A stretch of 32,000 nucleotides of DNA, taken from the NCBI RefSeq assembly GCF_001598795.1, contig NZ_BCZP01000013.1, positions 129,083 to 161,082 of the forward strand. Reading direction: 5' to 3'. The notes beneath the pieces were generated by a model, which saw only the letters and a list, made by a program, of their open reading frames with translations, ran no database searches and was not told the DNA's origin. Both the position numbers and the translations under genes were made by a program. Positions 22,328 to 30,095 of this stretch are shown piece after piece; position 1 is the first letter of the stretch, and every line of letters starts with the position of its first letter. This DNA comes from Delftia acidovorans NBRC 14950 (GTDB lineage: Bacteria; Pseudomonadota; Gammaproteobacteria; Burkholderiales; Burkholderiaceae_C).

Positions 22328-22353
22328 GCAAGGGCGCCCTGGGGCGCCCTTGC
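22328..22353 (-). terminator. rho-independent terminator downstream of the lipoprotein gene
   Basis: Perfect 11-bp stem GCAAGGGCGCC / GGCGCCCTTGC with a 4-nt loop. On the minus strand it is followed by TCAGTTTGTTTCG. It lies 50 nt past the stop at 22403. Confidence 0.6.
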
Positions 22354-22402
22354 TGCGGAAAATGGCCGGATTATGCGCCGGCCGCGCATGCCTGTGCCCT
22401 GC

Positions 22403-23455
22403 TCAGGGGAAGGAGGCACCGGCCAGCGGATGCACCATGCGCTTGACGTTGCGCACCGAGATGGAATGGAACTGGCCATCGTCGGTGACCACATCGCCGA
22501 AGGCGAAAAAGCCTTCGGCCGCGTTGCGGTTGAACTGCTCCAGGCGCTGCGCGAGGCTGGCGTTGTTGGACACGGATTCGAGGCGGTACTCGATGGCGCC
22601 CTGCTGGTCGCCGCTCTTTTCGTACAGCTGCACGCCTTCGGTATTGCCGCGCAGCACCAGGGCGCCGCGCAGCAGGTGGCCCTTGGCACCCATCTCGTCC
22701 AGGCGCTGCTTCAGCGCCGCGCCGTTGGCCATGCCGAAGGGCGCGGCCAGGGCGAACACCGCGTACTCGAAGGCCGGTGCCTTGGAGTCCTTGACGTAGA
22801 GGTTGAACATCTCGTCGCCCGAGATCAGCGGACCCGTGTAGCGGAAACCCCGGCCGCTCATCTCGGCCAGTTGCTGCGTGAAGCCGGACGTGTCCAGCGC
22901 ACCCACGGCGGGGCGCGTCTCGTAGCTGTAGGTGGCGGCGGCGCTGCTGCTGCGCACATAGAGGTTGCGCAGGTCCTGCGTGCTGCTCGGGAACGCCATG
23001 CCCGACTTGTACAGGTAGCCCTGCGCACCCTGCGCATTGAGCTGGGCCACCAGGGCCGAGACGCCAGCCACGTCGGCCACCATGCGGTAGTCCAGGCGCG
23101 TGCCGGTGTGGGCCGTGTCGGTAACGTAGAAGTCACCGATGGGAATGGGGAAGGTGGTGCCGCCCGAGGCCAGGCTGTAGGTGAAGGCATAGCCTTGCGC
23201 CCCCAGCGTGTTCATGGCGGACAGGGCCGCGTCGAAGTTTTCGGCAGCCGTCTCCATGCGGTACTGGCCGGTCACCGGGGTCGTCGTGCCGCCGCCGGGG
23301 TTGCCGGGCGTGCCGGGGTTGCCAGGATTTCCGCCATTGCCGGGATCTCCGCCGCCCGGTTCTCCCAATCCACCACCACCGCCGCCGCCACAGGCGGCCA
23401 GGGTTCCCAGAAGCATCAATGCCGCACTGCGGCGCGTGAGCTGTACCATCTTCAT
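22403..23455 (-). CDS. hypothetical lipoprotein with Gly/Pro-rich tether and five tandem ~55-aa repeats
   Basis: Start MKMVQL (cat at 23453-23455) is preceded by GGGGAGA. The signal peptide carries a lipobox, LGTLAAC. A G/P/N linker is followed by five repeats, each with a helix-like L-x3-L-[ND]-x2-G-A-x-G-[YF] segment. I recognise no family. Confidence 0.7.
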   Translation of the reverse strand: MKMVQLTRRSAALMLLGTLAACGGGGGGGLGEPGGGDPGNGGNPGNPGTPGNPGGGTTTPVTGQYRMETAAENFDAALSAMNTLGAQGYAFTYSLASGGTTFPIPIGDFYVTDTAHTGTRLDYRMVADVAGVSALVAQLNAQGAQGYLYKSGMAFPSSTQDLRNLYVRSSSAAATYSYETRPAVGALDTSGFTQQLAEMSGRGFRYTGPLISGDEMFNLYVKDSKAPAFEYAVFALAAPFGMANGAALKQRLDEMGAKGHLLRGALVLRGNTEGVQLYEKSGDQQGAIEYRLESVSNNASLAQRLEQFNRNAAEGFFAFGDVVTDDGQFHSISVRNVKRMVHPLAGASFP

Positions 23456-23547
23456 GACTATCTCCCCTTCTCGTTGAATACGTGCCCGTTCCATGCGGAA
23501 TCTCAGGGCATCGGCGGCGATTTTGGGGAGTTGGCCGACATCCGGTC

Positions 23548-23565
23548 ACCCCCCGGCCGGGGGGT
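23548..23565. promoter_or_regulatory. 18-bp perfect palindrome ACCCCCCGGCCGGGGGGT in divergent promoter region (candidate operator)
   Basis: Read directly. It lies 93 bp upstream of the lipoprotein start and 78 bp upstream of the LuxR-type regulator start. No gene ends here, so a terminator role is unlikely. Confidence 0.35.
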
Positions 23566-23642
23566 AATCGTTACGATGTGCGCAAGGTGTATCCGGGCGC
23601 GCCCTGGCGCTCCAGCCCTTTCGACATGCCTTCGCGCGGACC

Positions 23643-24380
23643 ATGCACAGCCATCCCCTCCTGACCGATTCCTCCTGTCTCCAATCGGGGCGCTATGCCC
23701 TGGTGATCGACGACCACCCGCTGACGGCCATGGGCGTGTCCGAGTTCCTGAAACAATTCGGCCTGTCCGAAGTCCATGCCGTGGCCGATGCGGGCCAAGG
23801 CCTGCAGTGCATGGCCGGCAGGGGATCGCCGCATCTGGCCATCGTGGATTTCTGGCTGGGTGCCAGCGCGGGCACGGACGTGGTGCGCGAAATCCGCACG
23901 CTGGCGCCCGCCTGCCGCGTGCTCATGACCAGCGGCGACACGCATGGCGCGATTGCCCTGAAGGCACGCGCGGCGGGGGCCCATGGCTTTGTGCTCAAGT
24001 CGCAGCCGCCGCAGGTGCTGCAGCAGGCCGTGGCTGCCCTGCTGCGCGGCGAGACCTGGTTCCCCGCAGCCCCGCTGGCGCCGCAGGCGCCGGGCGGCGC
24101 CCATGCCATCCGCATGACGGCGGCCGAGCTGGGCCTCACCCCGCGCCAGGCCCAGGTGCTGGACCTTGTGCTGCGCGGCCTGCCCAATCCGAGCATTGCG
24201 CAGTTGCTGCACCTGTCGCCCCACACGGTCAAGGAGCATGTGGCAGGCGCCCTGCAGCGCCTGGGCGTGCACAGCCGCATCGACGCCATCACGCGCATGC
24301 AGGGCATTGCGCTGGAGCTGCCGCCCTCCGTCCCGCCGACCGATACGGTTCAGGCGCCGGCCACGGCCAGCCTGCGCTGA
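23643..24380 (+). CDS. LuxR/NarL family two-component response regulator
   Basis: 245 aa. The receiver has LVIDDHP, the phospho-acceptor context LAIVDFWL, and LMTSG ... GFVLK. A C-terminal LuxR HTH is present (LTPRQAQVLDLVLRGLPNPSIAQLLHLSPHTVKEHV). Confidence 0.85.
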   Translation: MHSHPLLTDSSCLQSGRYALVIDDHPLTAMGVSEFLKQFGLSEVHAVADAGQGLQCMAGRGSPHLAIVDFWLGASAGTDVVREIRTLAPACRVLMTSGDTHGAIALKARAAGAHGFVLKSQPPQVLQQAVAALLRGETWFPAAPLAPQAPGGAHAIRMTAAELGLTPRQAQVLDLVLRGLPNPSIAQLLHLSPHTVKEHVAGALQRLGVHSRIDAITRMQGIALELPPSVPPTDTVQAPATASLR

Positions 24381-26251
24381 AGCAGGGCCAGCAGCGCCAG
24401 CGGGTCCACGGGCTTGCGCAGCAGCAGATAGCCCAGTTCCTGCGCCTCCTGCTCCAGCGCCGGTGACGGCTCGCCGCTGAGCAGGGCGCCCGCCGCCTGC
24501 GGCGCTTGCGCCAGCACATTCTGCAGCAGCGCAAAGCCGTTCTCGCCCCGTGCCAGATGGTGGTCGCACAGCACGAAATCGGGATGCTGCCCCGCCGCCA
24601 GCCAGTCGGCCACCTCGCGGCCCGTGGCGGCCACATCCACCTGCAGCCCCCAATCGCGCAGCAGGCCGACCAGGGCCCGCGCCACCTGCGCATCGTCATC
24701 GACCACCCAGCACCGGCCCTGGAGCAGGGGCGGCCGGGACTGCGCCTGCGTCTGCGCCTGCGATCCCTCGGACTGCGGCAAGGCCGCCTGCACATTCAGG
24801 CTGGACGGCAATTGCAGCCAGAAGCAGGACCCCCGCCCCGGCGTGGACAGCAGGCCGTGCTCCACGCCCATGCGGCGGGCCGCTGCGGCCACCACGGCCA
24901 GGCCCAGGCCCTGGCTGCTCACGCCGGGCAGGTGGTCGGCCGCAGGCTGGGCCGCGCATCGGGCCGCCTGGCCTGAGCGCGCGCGAAAGTGCGGCGCAAA
25001 GACATGGGGCCGGTCTTCGGCCGCAATGCCCAGGCCCGTGTCCCAGACCTCGATGCGCCAGCCCCCGCCGTGCACGCGGGCGGCCAGCAGCACCCCGCCG
25101 CACTGGGTGTAGCGCAGGGCGTTGTGCAGCAGGTTGAACACCATCTGGCGCAGCAGGGCCTCGTCGGCACGCACCAGGCTGTCCATGCCGCGCGCCACGC
25201 GCCAGCGCAGCACCAGCCCGCGCTGGCGTGCCTCGGCCGCGAACAGGCGCGTGGCATCGCTCAGCAGAATGCGCAGGTCCATCACCTGGGCGCGCAGCTC
25301 CCAGGTGCCGTTCTCCAGCCGCGACAGGTCCAGCAGATCGTTGCACATGGTGCCCAGCGACTGGGCACAGGCCTGGGCATCGTCAAGCACGCCTGCCAGT
25401 GCGCCGTCGGCATTGCGCTGGCGGGCGGTTTCCACCAGCAGGCCCAGAGCATGCAGCGGTTGGCGCAGGTCATGGCTGGCGGCCGACAGGAAGCGGCTCT
25501 TGGCCTCCAGCGCCTGTTCGGCCTGCTCCTTGGCGGCCAGGTAGCGTTCGGCCAGCAGCTGGCGGTCACGCTCCTGCGCCCATTGCTGCTGCATGAGCTG
25601 GCGCGCCCCCCAGGCATGGCGCGCGATGGTGGCGCCATACAGCATGAGCAGCGGCAGCAGGTACAGGCCCCTGTTCGGGAAGTACCAGACCACGGCCAGC
25701 AGCATGGCGCCGTACAGCACGCCGAAGAAGCGCTTGAACACGGCAGCCGCCGGCGCCAGAAAGGTGGCGGCCGAGGCCACGACGCCGCACAGCACCAGGT
25801 AGATGAAAAGCCGGAATTCATGGCCGCTGCCATGGGTCAGCGGTATCGCCAGCGCCCAGGAACCGGCGTTGAGCAGGGCCATGCGGCCCATCACGCGCTC
25901 CCAGCGCTGCAGCCGCGTTGGCAACTCGGCCGATGGCACGGCAGCACCCAGGTCCCGGCGCAACTGGCGCCGCAACCCGACAAAGACGCAGGCCATGACC
26001 GCCATGCCCAGCCACCACAGCAGCAGCGGCACCTGGAAGGCGCCCGTTTCGTGCCGCTGCAGCCAGACCACGATGCCGGGGATGATGAGGGCCGCCGCCT
26101 CGGACGAGCCCCGCGATGCGATGGACAGCAGCAGCCGCTGGCGCTGCTGCAACTTCCACAGCGGCTCCGCAGGGCCGCCGCCGTGCTCAGAACTGGTCGC
26201 CATCCACGTAGAGCCAGCGCCCGGCTTCTCGCACGAAACGGCTGCGCTCAT
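24350..26251 (-). CDS. hybrid sensor histidine kinase/response regulator with polytopic membrane sensor region
   Basis: 633 aa. An alternative start is MATSSE at 26203. It has about 6 hydrophobic segments, the H-box [11 protein letters not shown], HATPase boxes ([22 protein letters not shown]) and a C-terminal receiver (VVDDD ... VLCDHHL ... LLRKP). No HPt domain is present. Confidence 0.85.
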   Translation of the reverse strand: MSAAVSCEKPGAGSTWMATSSEHGGGPAEPLWKLQQRQRLLLSIASRGSSEAAALIIPGIVVWLQRHETGAFQVPLLLWWLGMAVMACVFVGLRRQLRRDLGAAVPSAELPTRLQRWERVMGRMALLNAGSWALAIPLTHGSGHEFRLFIYLVLCGVVASAATFLAPAAAVFKRFFGVLYGAMLLAVVWYFPNRGLYLLPLLMLYGATIARHAWGARQLMQQQWAQERDRQLLAERYLAAKEQAEQALEAKSRFLSAASHDLRQPLHALGLLVETARQRNADGALAGVLDDAQACAQSLGTMCNDLLDLSRLENGTWELRAQVMDLRILLSDATRLFAAEARQRGLVLRWRVARGMDSLVRADEALLRQMVFNLLHNALRYTQCGGVLLAARVHGGGWRIEVWDTGLGIAAEDRPHVFAPHFRARSGQAARCAAQPAADHLPGVSSQGLGLAVVAAAARRMGVEHGLLSTPGRGSCFWLQLPSSLNVQAALPQSEGSQAQTQAQSRPPLLQGRCWVVDDDAQVARALVGLLRDWGLQVDVAATGREVADWLAAGQHPDFVLCDHHLARGENGFALLQNVLAQAPQAAGALLSGEPSPALEQEAQELGYLLLRKPVDPLALLALLQRRLAVAGA

Positions 26252-26600
26252 GCAGGCGCACGGCGCGGCCGCCCACGCGGTAGCGCGCGACGAATTCCAC
26301 CTCGGCGCTGTCCTCGCCGGTGCTTCGGAAGTCCTTGACCGTCAGCCCCAGCCAGCGTGCCGAAGGCTCGAAGTCCAGCGTGGCGGGCCGCTGGCTGGCG
26401 TGCCAGGTAGCCAGCAGATAGGCGGCGTCCTCACGCACGAAGGCGCTGTAGCGCGAGCGCATCAACGCCTGGGCGTCGGGCGCAGGGCAGTCGTCGAAAT
26501 GGTCCAGGTAGCGGCCGCAGCAGGCATCGAATGCCAGGGGACGGCCCTTGGCATCGTGCTGGCCGCAGGGACAGGCCGGGGAGGTGGCGGCAGCGCTCAT
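26187..26600 (-). CDS. YchJ family protein (SEC-C metal-binding motif + NTF2-like domain, UPF0225)
   Basis: 137 aa. It has an N-terminal CPCG ... CCGRY Cys cluster and the LMRSRYSAF pattern typical of YchJ. ATG at 26598-26600. Confidence 0.8.
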   Translation of the reverse strand: MSAAATSPACPCGQHDAKGRPLAFDACCGRYLDHFDDCPAPDAQALMRSRYSAFVREDAAYLLATWHASQRPATLDFEPSARWLGLTVKDFRSTGEDSAEVEFVARYRVGGRAVRLHERSRFVREAGRWLYVDGDQF

Positions 26601-26612
26601 AGCGGCTGGCCC

Positions 26613-26648
26613 TGCGGAACTTGCGGAACTTGGGGACCTTGGGGTAGG
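26613..26648. repeat. four tandem 9-mers TGCGGAACT TGCGGAACT TGGGGACCT TGGGGTAGG
   Basis: Read directly. The block lies 13-48 bp upstream of the ychJ start codon, in the divergent ychJ/DUF421 intergenic region. Confidence 0.8.
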
Positions 26649-26766
26649 ACGGCGCGGGAGCAGGAATGCATGTCAGTCACGGCCGCCTTGCTGCGACCGG
26701 GTTCTTGATGGAGGACAGGCGGGCCATGATACTGACCGCAGGCCCTCGGGCCTGTAAGGAGAGCCC

Positions 26767-27264
26767 ATGTTTTCAATGTCGGTCCCGTGGTGGGAGTTCG
26801 TGGTGCGCGGCGTGGCCGTCTACCTGTTCTTGCTGGTGTTCCTTCGGCTGACGGGGCGGCGCCAGACGGGGCAGTACGCGCCGTTCGACCTGGTACTGCT
26901 GCTCATCCTGTCGAATGCGGTGCAGAACTCCATGAATGCCGGGGACAACTCGCTGATCGGTGGCATGGTCTCGGCCTCCACGCTGATCCTGTGCCATCTG
27001 CTGCTGTCCTGGCTGACCTTTCACTTCCCGGTGCTGGAGCGGCTGGTGGACGGCAAGGCCAAGGCCCTGATCAGGGACGGACACCTGAACAAGGATCTGA
27101 TGCGCGAGGAACGCATCACGCGCGACGATATCGAGGCCGCGCTGCGTGCGGGCGGCTGCCTGCACCTGCGCGAGGTGGAACGCGCCACGCTGGAGACCGA
27201 CGGCAGCATCACCGTCGTCCTGCGCCGCCGCGACAGCGAGAACGACGGCGATCCGCCGGTGTGA
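26767..27264 (+). CDS. DUF421 (YetF-like) membrane protein
   Basis: 165 aa. AAGGAGA precedes the ATG at 26767. The N-terminal membrane part matches the DUF421 family (RLTGRRQTGQYAPFDLVLLLILSNAVQNSM), as does the C-terminal soluble domain (ITRDDIEAALR ... ATLETDGSITVV). Confidence 0.8.
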   Translation: MFSMSVPWWEFVVRGVAVYLFLLVFLRLTGRRQTGQYAPFDLVLLLILSNAVQNSMNAGDNSLIGGMVSASTLILCHLLLSWLTFHFPVLERLVDGKAKALIRDGHLNKDLMREERITRDDIEAALRAGGCLHLREVERATLETDGSITVVLRRRDSENDGDPPV

Positions 27265-27285
27265 CCCCCTGCTCGGCGGCCCCTG

Positions 27286-28077
27286 TCAGTCGAGCTGCTC
27301 CAGGAAGCGCTCGATGGCCAGATTCACGGGCTGCGGATGCGTGAGGTTGGCCGCATGGCCGGCACCCGGCACCTCCACCCACTGCGCCCTGGGCAAGGCC
27401 TTGGCCATGGCGCGTGCACGGTCGGGCGCGATGGCTGTGTCGTCCGTGCCATGGATGACCAGGGCCGGCACATGGATGTCGGGCAGGCGCGGGCTGATGT
27501 CATCGCGCTGGGCCAGCGCCAGAAAGCTCTGCCCCAGGTTGATGGGCGTGGCCTTCTTCCATTTGGCACGCCAGGCCGCCGCGCCACTCCAGCCCTGGCC
27601 CAGGATGGTGCGCTCCACCGTGGTCGCCATGTCGTCGCTGAGGCCATGCTCCATCCAGGCCCGCAGCAAGGCTTCATGGTGGGGCATCTGCTCGGGGTCT
27701 TCCAGCATGGCCTGGGTGTCGATCAGCACCAGCGCGCGCACGATCTCGGGGTGGATGAGCGCGCAGCGCAGCGACAGATAGCCGCCCTGCGACATGCCCA
27801 CCAGCACCGCGCGCTCCACGCCCAGGTGCTCAAGCAGGGCGGCCAGGTCGTCGGCCGAGTCGTAGTAGTCGAAGGGTGCGCACTGCTCGGGGTCTGCCGT
27901 CTGGCCATGGCCGCGCTCGTCCCAGCTGATGCAGCGAAAGCGCCCTTGCAGTGCCTGGACCTGGGGAGCGAACATGGTGTGGTCCATGAGCAGCCCGTGC
28001 GAAAACACCAGGACCGGGCCTCTCCCGCCCGTGTCCTCGTAGTACAGGTTCTGGCCGTTGACGGAAGCGATGGGCAT
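27286..28077 (-). CDS. alpha/beta hydrolase fold protein
   Basis: Internal Met MPIASVNGQNLYYED of ORF 27286..28455. The ATG at 28075-28077 is preceded by AGGAGA. It has an HG oxyanion motif (VFSHGLL), the nucleophile elbow GMSQGG and a C-terminal GAGHAANL. Confidence 0.85.
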   Translation of the reverse strand: MPIASVNGQNLYYEDTGGRGPVLVFSHGLLMDHTMFAPQVQALQGRFRCISWDERGHGQTADPEQCAPFDYYDSADDLAALLEHLGVERAVLVGMSQGGYLSLRCALIHPEIVRALVLIDTQAMLEDPEQMPHHEALLRAWMEHGLSDDMATTVERTILGQGWSGAAAWRAKWKKATPINLGQSFLALAQRDDISPRLPDIHVPALVIHGTDDTAIAPDRARAMAKALPRAQWVEVPGAGHAANLTHPQPVNLAIERFLEQLD

Positions 28078-28169
28078 GTCGGGATCTCCTGCGAAGGTGG
28101 TCACAAACCGGCCGGAAACGGCTGCCCGCCTCTCTCGGGCGCCGTGCCGGCGATGCTCCATGCTAAGCC

Positions 28170-28204
28170 CTGCGGGTGTCAGGGCCATCCGGCCCGACCC
28201 GCAG
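28170..28204 (-). terminator. nested GC-rich hairpin downstream of the acyl-CoA dehydrogenase gene (possible attenuator/terminator)
   Basis: The outer 8-bp stem is CTGCGGGT / ACCCGCAG. It encloses an inner 5-bp stem GGGCC / GGCCC with the loop ATCC. No clear U-tract follows, so a terminator function is uncertain. Confidence 0.3.
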
Positions 28205-28219
28205 CGCGGGGGATTACCC

Positions 28220-29350
28220 TCAGGCCAGGGCGCGCTGGATGAGAATTTTCTGCACGTCGCTCGTTCCCTCGTAGATCTGGCAGACACGCACGTCGCGGTA
28301 GATGCGTTCCACGGGGAAGTCGCTGACCACGCCATAGCCGCCCAGGGTCTGGATGGCGGCGCTGCACACGCGCTCGGCCATTTCGCTGGCGAACAGCTTG
28401 GCCATGGCTGCTTCCTTGAGGCAGGGCAGGCCGGCATCGCGCAGGCTGGCCGCATGCCAGATCAGCTGGCGCGCGGCCTCGATCTGCGTGGCGCAGTCGG
28501 CCAGGCGAAAGCCCACGGCCTGGTGGTTGAAGATGGGCTGGCCGAAGCTCTCGCGCTCCTTGGAGTACTGCAGCGCGCAATCGAAGGCCGCACGCGCCAT
28601 GCCCACGCTTTGCGCGGCAATGCCGATGCGCCCTCCTTCCAGCGCCGACAGCGCAATCTTGTAGCCCTCGCCCTCGGCGCCGATGAGGTTGGCGGCGGGG
28701 ATGCGGCAGCCCTCGAACTGGATCTGGGCCGTGTCCGAACTGTGCTGGCCCAGCTTGTCCTCCAGCCGCAGCACCTGGTAGCCGGGTGCGGAGGTCGGAA
28801 CGATGAAGGCGCTCATGCCGCGCTTGCCCGCCGCCTTGTCGGTGACGGCGATGACGATGGCCACGTCGCCGTTCTTGCCACTGGTGATGAATTGCTTGAC
28901 GCCGTTGATCACGTAGTCGCTGCCGTCGCGCGTGGCCGTGGTGCGCAGTGCCGAGGCATCCGAGCCCACATGCGGCTCGGTCAGGCAGAAGGCGCCCAGC
29001 ATCTCGCCGCGCGCCAGCGGCGCCAGCCATTGCTGCTTTTGCGCCTCGCTGCCATAGCGCATGAGGATGGCGTTGACGGGGCAGTTGGTCACGCTGATCA
29101 CCGTGCTGGTGCCGCCGTCGCCGGCTGCGATCTCCTCCAGCACCAGGGCCAGGCTCAGGTAGTCAAGGCCGGCACCGCCGTATTCCTCGGGCACGCAGAT
29201 GCCGTAGGCGCCCAGCGCCGCCAGGCCCTGGTGCACGTTCTTGGGAAAGTGGTGTTCCTTGTCCCAGCGTGCGGCATGGGGCGTGATTTCGGTGCGCACG
29301 AAGTCGCGCACCGCGTCACGGATCATTTCCTGGTCTGCGTTGAGCAGCAT
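28220..29350 (-). CDS. acyl-CoA dehydrogenase (short/branched-chain type, isobutyryl-CoA-dehydrogenase-like)
   Basis: 376 aa. AGGAGA precedes the ATG at 29348-29350. ACAD motifs are [30 protein letters not shown] and [16 protein letters not shown]. It resembles the ACAD8/short-chain type more than what I recall of LiuA-type isovaleryl-CoA dehydrogenases. Confidence 0.9.
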   Translation of the reverse strand: MLLNADQEMIRDAVRDFVRTEITPHAARWDKEHHFPKNVHQGLAALGAYGICVPEEYGGAGLDYLSLALVLEEIAAGDGGTSTVISVTNCPVNAILMRYGSEAQKQQWLAPLARGEMLGAFCLTEPHVGSDASALRTTATRDGSDYVINGVKQFITSGKNGDVAIVIAVTDKAAGKRGMSAFIVPTSAPGYQVLRLEDKLGQHSSDTAQIQFEGCRIPAANLIGAEGEGYKIALSALEGGRIGIAAQSVGMARAAFDCALQYSKERESFGQPIFNHQAVGFRLADCATQIEAARQLIWHAASLRDAGLPCLKEAAMAKLFASEMAERVCSAAIQTLGGYGVVSDFPVERIYRDVRVCQIYEGTSDVQKILIQRALA

Positions 29351-29404
29351 GTCTTGTCTCCTGATTCTTGTTTCGTTGTCCGTTGTCCGTTGCGCTGGTC
29401 GGAT

Positions 29405-30067
29405 CTACCAGGCGATGCGCTGCCCGTCATGCCGCAGCATGCGGCCCCGGTCGGCCGGCGTGACGCCGGCCAGCGTGCGCACCAGGCCCTGCACGCTTTG
29501 CTCGACGGTGAAGGTGGCAGCCGCGCCACCCATGTCGGTCTGCACCCAGCCCGGGTCCAGCGCGACCACGGTGGCGCCCGGCCATTGCGGCTGGGCGCTG
29601 GCCACGACCATGTTGAGCGCAGCCTTGCTGACGCGGTAGAGCCAGGCGTCGGATTCGGCGTCGGCAAGCAGCGACATCTGGCTGGAGAACAGGCCGAACA
29701 CGCCGCCCGCCGCCTCGACCAGCGGCGCCACCTGGGGCAGCACCTGCATGGCGCCCAGTACATTGGTGTGCATGACGCGGTCGAACTGCTCGCGCGTGGG
29801 CGGCGTGGCCGAGCTGTGGGCATCCCACACTCCGGCCACATACAGCGCCAGCTCGATCTTCTCGCCGTCGAGTTGCCAGGCCAGGCCGCTGACGCTGGCC
29901 GGGTCGGCCACATCCACCAGCAGCACCTTGGCGCCCGTGGCCTCGACGCGCTCGCGGTCGGCCTCGCTGCGCACCGTGGCGACCACGCTGCGGCCCCGGG
30001 CCGCATAGGCCTCTACCAAGGCAAAACCAAGCCCGCGCGAGGCTCCCAACACCAGAGTGACTGCCAT
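29405..30067 (-). CDS. SDR family oxidoreductase
   Basis: 220 aa. Cofactor motif VLGASRGLG and catalytic Y-x3-K (YRVSKAAL). Confidence 0.85.
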   Translation of the reverse strand: MAVTLVLGASRGLGFALVEAYAARGRSVVATVRSEADRERVEATGAKVLLVDVADPASVSGLAWQLDGEKIELALYVAGVWDAHSSATPPTREQFDRVMHTNVLGAMQVLPQVAPLVEAAGGVFGLFSSQMSLLADAESDAWLYRVSKAALNMVVASAQPQWPGATVVALDPGWVQTDMGGAAATFTVEQSVQGLVRTLAGVTPADRGRMLRHDGQRIAW

Positions 30068-30095
30068 GTCTTTCGACCTTTCAAATGGAATGCGG

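Noticed and set aside
23270-23389. Repetitive G/C-rich nucleotide tract (GGn/CCn periodicity), considered as a possible non-coding repeat or CRISPR-like feature
   Set aside because: It is in frame within the lipoprotein gene and encodes the Gly/Pro/Asn tether. It has no spacer-repeat architecture, so I report it only as part of the lipoprotein finding.
22373-24466. 697-aa ORF on the plus strand, spanning the lipoprotein antisense strand, the intergenic region and the regulator in another frame
   Set aside because: It crosses a divergent promoter region and a different frame of a well-supported response regulator. It has no motifs, so I treat it as a shadow ORF.
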